The notes under the pieces are model-generated. The model had not been told where the DNA came from and made no database searches. It saw only the letters and a program-made list of their open reading frames with translations. A DNA stretch of 64,000 nucleotides from assembly GCA_035221665.1 (NCBI GenBank), contig CM069147.1, positions 25,854,001 through 25,918,000 on the forward strand, written 5' to 3'. The position numbers and the translations under genes are program-made. This document shows positions 59,165 through 64,000 of this stretch, piece after piece (within the stretch, counting starts at the first letter, position 1; every line of letters begins with the position of its first letter). Origin of the DNA: Okamejei kenojei (lineage: Eukaryota).

Positions 59165-62049
59165 CCCAGGGACACGGGATGCAAGTGCGCGCCCAATGTG
59201 CAACCTCCTTCCATAGCCCATGCCACATGAAACGGGAGGCTACCAGGGCCGTTGTCGCCTGGATGGAGGGATGCACGAGCCCATAGAGCACCTCAAATAC
59301 CCTGCGCCGCAAGGCAATGGGGACGATGGGTTGCGGAACTCCATTGGGAACATCGCACAGCAGCGTTTCGTCTCCAGGACCACAGACAACGTCCGGCAAC
59401 TGCAGGCCCGAAACTGCCGTACGATAGGCGGCCATCTCCTCGTCGACCCGCTGAGTGGCTGCCAGGGCGGAATAATTAATCCCCTCAGCGACTTGGAGAA
59501 CCGCATGGACTGTAGGTCTCGATAAGGCATCGGCCACCCTATTGAATTTGCCCTCCACGAAACGGATGGAGGTGGTGTATACGGACACATACGCCAAATG
59601 CCTCTGCTGCTAGGCAGACCACGGGTCTGAAACCTTGGCGAACGCGAAGGTTAGCGGTTTGTGGTCCGTATATGCAGTAAACGGCCTCCCCTCCAGGAAG
59701 TAGCAGAAATGGCGTACGGCGAGATGCAGGGCCAGGAACTCGTGGTCGAAAGCGCTGTAACGGCGCTGAGCACCACTGAGATGCCTGCTGAAGAAGGCGA
59801 GTGGCCGCCAGCATCCGTCAACGAGCTGCTCCAACACTGCCCCAACCGCTACCTCTGAAGCGTCCACTGTCAGGGCGGTCGAGGCGTACTCTCGTGGGTG
59901 GACGAGCATCGTGGCCTCAGCCAGTGCCTCCTTTGCCCTCTCGAATGCCGCTGTTGCTTCCACGGACCTCCCTGCGATGACCAGCCATCAGGTGGAAAAT
60001 CGGACGCATGACTGTGGCCGCTGCTGGCAGGAAACGGTGATAAAAGGTGACCATCCCCACAAATACCTGTAGGCCCTTAACTGTGGTCGGACGGGGGAAC
60101 TTGCGAACAGCATCCACCCTGGCGGGCAGAGGCAACACCCCCTGTGGAGTTACGCGTTGGCCGAGGAAGTCAATAGCCGTCACCCCGAAACGGCATTTGG
60201 ACGAGTTGATGGACAACCCGAAGTCGCTGAGGCGCTGACACAGCTGACGGAGGTGGATGCAGTGCTCCTGCCGCAAGCGACTGGCCACGAGTATGTCATC
60301 CACGTAGACGAAGACGAAGTCCAGGCCGCGGCACACGCAGTCCATAATCCGCTGAAAGGCCTGCGCAGCGTTCTTCAACCCAAACGGCATCCGTACCAAT
60401 TCGAATAGATCAAATGGCGTTATAATAGCCGTCTTCGGGATATCGTCGGGGCGGACCGGAATTTGATTGTACCCTCGCATGAGGTCCACCTTGGAAAATA
60501 CCGATGCTCCGGCCAGATGGGCGTTGAAGTCCTGGATGTGCGGGACCGGGTACCTGTCGACGACGGTCTCATCATTCAGGCGACGGTAATCCCCACACGG
60601 GCGCCAGCCACCGTCCGCCTTGGGGACCATGTGGAGCGGTGACGCCCATGGGCTATCAGAGGGACGCACAATTGCCATTGCCTCCATCAGGCGGAACTCC
60701 TCCCGAGCCAAACAAAGCTTGTCTGGCGTGAGACGACTCGCTCGGGCGTGAACAGGCGGGCCGGTAGTAGGGACATGGTGCTCCACCCCATGCTTGGGGG
60801 TGGAGGAGCGGAAGTGGGGTTCAAGGATGTCAGGGAAATCCGCCAGGATGCGCGCGAAAGTCGTATCCACAGACGACAGGGGTCCATCAGGGTGTGATAC
60901 GGGATCAACAATGCGGAGGAAGACCGGCTCCAGTGCGACGGAGTGCATCAGGCGCTGCCGCTTGACATCCACGAGCAGTGAATGGACTCGAAGGAAGTCG
61001 GTGCCCAGCAGCAGCTGGGAAACGTCAGCAATGACGAACTCCCACGAAAAGGAGCTGCGGCCAAAGTTGAGGGAGATGGTGTGAAACACGTAGGTGCGAA
61101 TAGCACTCCCATTCGCCGCGGTGAGGAGGGGCCCGTGTTTGCCCGCACGGATGTCAGCGATGGAGGGAGGCAGGACACTCCCGCAACCTTGTCCACGAGG
61201 AATCGACCTCCAGTGCGGCGATCCCAGGCGAAGACGCGATGAATTTTGCCGGCCGCCGAAGGAATCACTGACGACCGGCCCCTTCGTTTCCCTGGAACAG
61301 GGTGGGCGACATTGGCTGGCTGCAGCTCCCCAGCGACGGTGGTTATAGCACCAACCCGCTCTGCTGGTTTGAACGCCAGCGACCTCTGCTGGCATTGGGT
61401 GGAACTGCAGGACGGCCCTGCTGAAAAGACATGCCTGGACTTGAATGCCCAATGGCGGCCGGATTTTGCCACGAGAGCCGTCTGGGAATAGTGGAGACGC
61501 ATTCGATAGCGACCCCGACCTGCTCTGACCCTCCAACTGCCACGGGAAGGACGGTCAGCATTTCCAGGTTTCGCTGGCGAGACATCCACAGCTCGTCGGC
61601 CTGCTCGCCCAGCGCCTGCATGTTAGTAAAGGGTTCCCTGGCGAGCTGCAGGTGGATGTCGGGCGGAAGCTGCTGCAGGTAGGCGAATTTAAATAGCAAA
61701 CAGGGTTCATAGTCCCCCATTAGGATGAGCATGTCCTCCAGGAGGGCAGACGGCCGGCGGTCACCCAGGCCATCCATTCGGAGAATCCGAGCTGCCCGCT
61801 CCAAGTCACCAAGGCCAAACCTCCTGGAGGACATGAATTCCTTAAGGCCCCTATATTTGTTAGCAACCAGGGGGGCTCTGAGGAAAGGCTTAACTCGCCT
61901 CGCAGTTGCTTGGTCAGTATTGTTGCAGTATTTTGTTTCGCCTGCTGTAATACCTCGCACAGAAATTGTGCCTCCGCCTGCTGGAACCAGATGTCAGGCT
62001 CTTCGGTCCACACAGTAGGGAGCTTAAGCGCAACGGCATTATTATCCAT
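59165..62049 (-). mobile_element. Ty3/Gypsy retrotransposon internal region (CsRn1/Kabuki-like): gag-PR-RT-RNase H-integrase N-terminus, frameshifted, no LTRs
   Basis: MDNNAVALKLP..WFQQAEAQF; [13 protein letters not shown]; [36 protein letters not shown]; DASEVAVGAVL; HPSIQAT..CIPC. Confidence 0.95.
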
Positions 62050-62479
62050 CACGACACGTGATGGATAATATCCATCAACATAATGCAACATGAAGTAATT
62101 GTGAATATAAAGGCAACGCATCTAGCATTGACCTGCCATTTTGTCACAAAGACATATAAGACCTGGTCAACATACAAATATTTGCGTGCTGAAGCCTAAA
62201 TAGTCCCAAAGACCGTTTTGGACTCATTTGGATTATCTCCCAGTATCAAACTTCCCTGCCTTAATCCATAGGCTATCATACAGCAACAATCCATTTACAG
62301 ATGTAATCCATATCTCAGCTGCTGGTGCCTTTTCACTGAGGCTCTTCTCTGCCATTAGTAGCAGCGGGGAATAAATAAATGGCAGACACATTTACTGTTT
62401 ATTTTTGCTTCATGCTTCATAGTGAAAGACACCAGCAACATGACAAATATTCAATAGAGTCAGGGACGAAAGTTAGTGG

Positions 62480-64000
62480 AGTGGCTAAGGAGAAGGTGCT
62501 TGGGAAACTGAAATGTCTGAAGGTGAATAAGTTTGGACTACTCCTCATGCTTCTGAAAATGGTAACTTGGAGATTGTGGAGGCATTAGTATTGATCTCTC
62601 AAGAATCACCAGAGTCAGAAGTGGTCTCAGAGGGCTGGAAAATTGCAAATGTTATGTCACTGTTCAATTAGGGAGCATTGCAAAACTGAATGGTAAGATT
62701 TTAAAGTTCATTATTAAGGATGAGGTTTCCAAGTACTTTGAAGCACATCATAAAATAGGCCAAATTCAGCATGGTTTTTGTGCCTGACAAATCAGTAGCA
62801 GGATAGACAAAGGAGAGTAAGTGGATGTTGTTCACCTGGATTTTCAGAAGGTCTTTGATAAGGTGCCACACGTGAGGTTGTTAAACAAGATGAGAGTCTA
62901 TGGTATTAGAAGGAAGATACTAGCATGGATAGCAGGTTGGCAGAAGGCAAAGAGTGGGAATAAAGGGGGGGGGGGGGTTTGCTGATTGGCTGCCACTGGC
63001 TAGTGGTGTTCCACAGAGGTCGGTGTTGGCTCTGCTATTCTTGTATATTAATGATTTGGATGATGGAATTAATGGTTTTGTGGCTAGGTTTGCGGATGAT
63101 ACGAAGATAGGTGGAGAGGCAGGTAGTGTAGAGGAAGCAGGGAGACTGCAGAAGAACTTGGACAGGTTGAGAGAATGGGCAAAGAATGGGCAGATGGAAT
63201 ACAGCGTAGCCATGTGAATTGAGACGTGAATTGTTGACTGGCAATTAATTCTAAAAGGGTGAAGGTGGATATACACATTTAAAGACTGCATGGATGAACT
63301 AGTTTGGCAAAAAATAATGGCATCCGTGGATAACTATTTTCTCAATGGGAGAAATCAGAGACCAGCAGTACAAAGAAAAACGTAGGAGTCAAAAACAGTG
63401 AGTTGATCATGGGGAACAAGGATGCGGAAGATAACTCCCAGAAAGAGAAATTGGTGCAGGTTGTTGGGTAAATCAGGGCCAGATAGTAAGAGTACTTAAG
63501 GAAGTAGCTCAAATAGTGGATGCATTATGATTAGCATTCCTGAGGATTGGCGGGTTGAGAAGGGACTACAGAGTTAGTCTAACATCGGTAGCTGCTAGAG
63601 TCAGGATGGGATAGCAGCACATGGAAAGTGGTGAAATCATGGAGGCATTTACAAAAGGTAAATCATGTCTGACGAATCTTGTGGAATTTTTCGAGGATGT
63701 AACTAGTCGTGGATAAGACCAGTGGATGTGGTATATCTGGATTCCATCGACAAGGTACATTGTGAGTAGTTTGGGGTGCATATCTGAGGAGGCTGACATT
63801 GGAGAGAGTCCAGAGAAGGTTTATGAGAATGATTCTGGGATGATTGGGTAAATGCATGATGACCGTTTGACAGCTCTGGGCCTATAGTCGCAGGAGTGTG
63901 GATAAGGGAGTTCTCATTTAAACTTACCATAGTGAAAGGCCTGGATAGAGTGGATGTGGATGTGGAGCGGATGCTTCCACGAGTGGGAGAGTTTAAGACC
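62480..64000 (+). mobile_element. CR1 RT fragments
   Basis: DFQKVFDKVPH, GVPQRSVL, FADDTKIGG. Confidence 0.8.

Noticed and set aside
62282-62350. Possible further exon of the upstream - strand gene
   Set aside because: Weak acceptor; phase does not clearly fit the 56519 acceptor; no recognisable peptide

Overview
Repeat-rich vertebrate genomic DNA, most likely from a cartilaginous fish (skate/ray). This is inferred from HE1-type V-SINEs, HER1/CR1 LINEs, Neptune-type Penelope elements and Rex1 fragments. There are two assembly gaps (12302-12639, 40859-40988). Genes read by hand from splice sites: (1) + strand, 7135-10153 and beyond: a non-rearranging antigen-receptor-like Ig-superfamily gene with leader / germline-joined VJ / C1-set / transmembrane exons, all joined in phase 1; its cytoplasmic end is unresolved. 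(2) - strand, 51913-28007: a complete 13-exon, 430-aa SEPT7-subgroup septin resembling the fish sept15 paralogue, with a CpG-island promoter. (3) - strand, about 56250-56519: the probable last exon of an unidentified upstream gene. Mobile DNA includes many CR1 pieces, a Neptune Penelope (RT + GIY-YIG) nested in a CR1, two truncated CsRn1/Kabuki-type Gypsy elements, a Harbinger MITE and a possible degenerate envelope-like ORF. The most striking non-genic signal is a family of Penelope-tail mini-elements carrying a minimal hammerhead ribozyme core (CTGAAGA-stem II-GAAACGTC). One copy is a perfect 95-bp palindrome with a target-site duplication in septin intron 3. Another, with an 8-bp TSD, sits immediately before the start codon of the VJ-C1 receptor. 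Repeat boundaries are approximate and no database searches were run.
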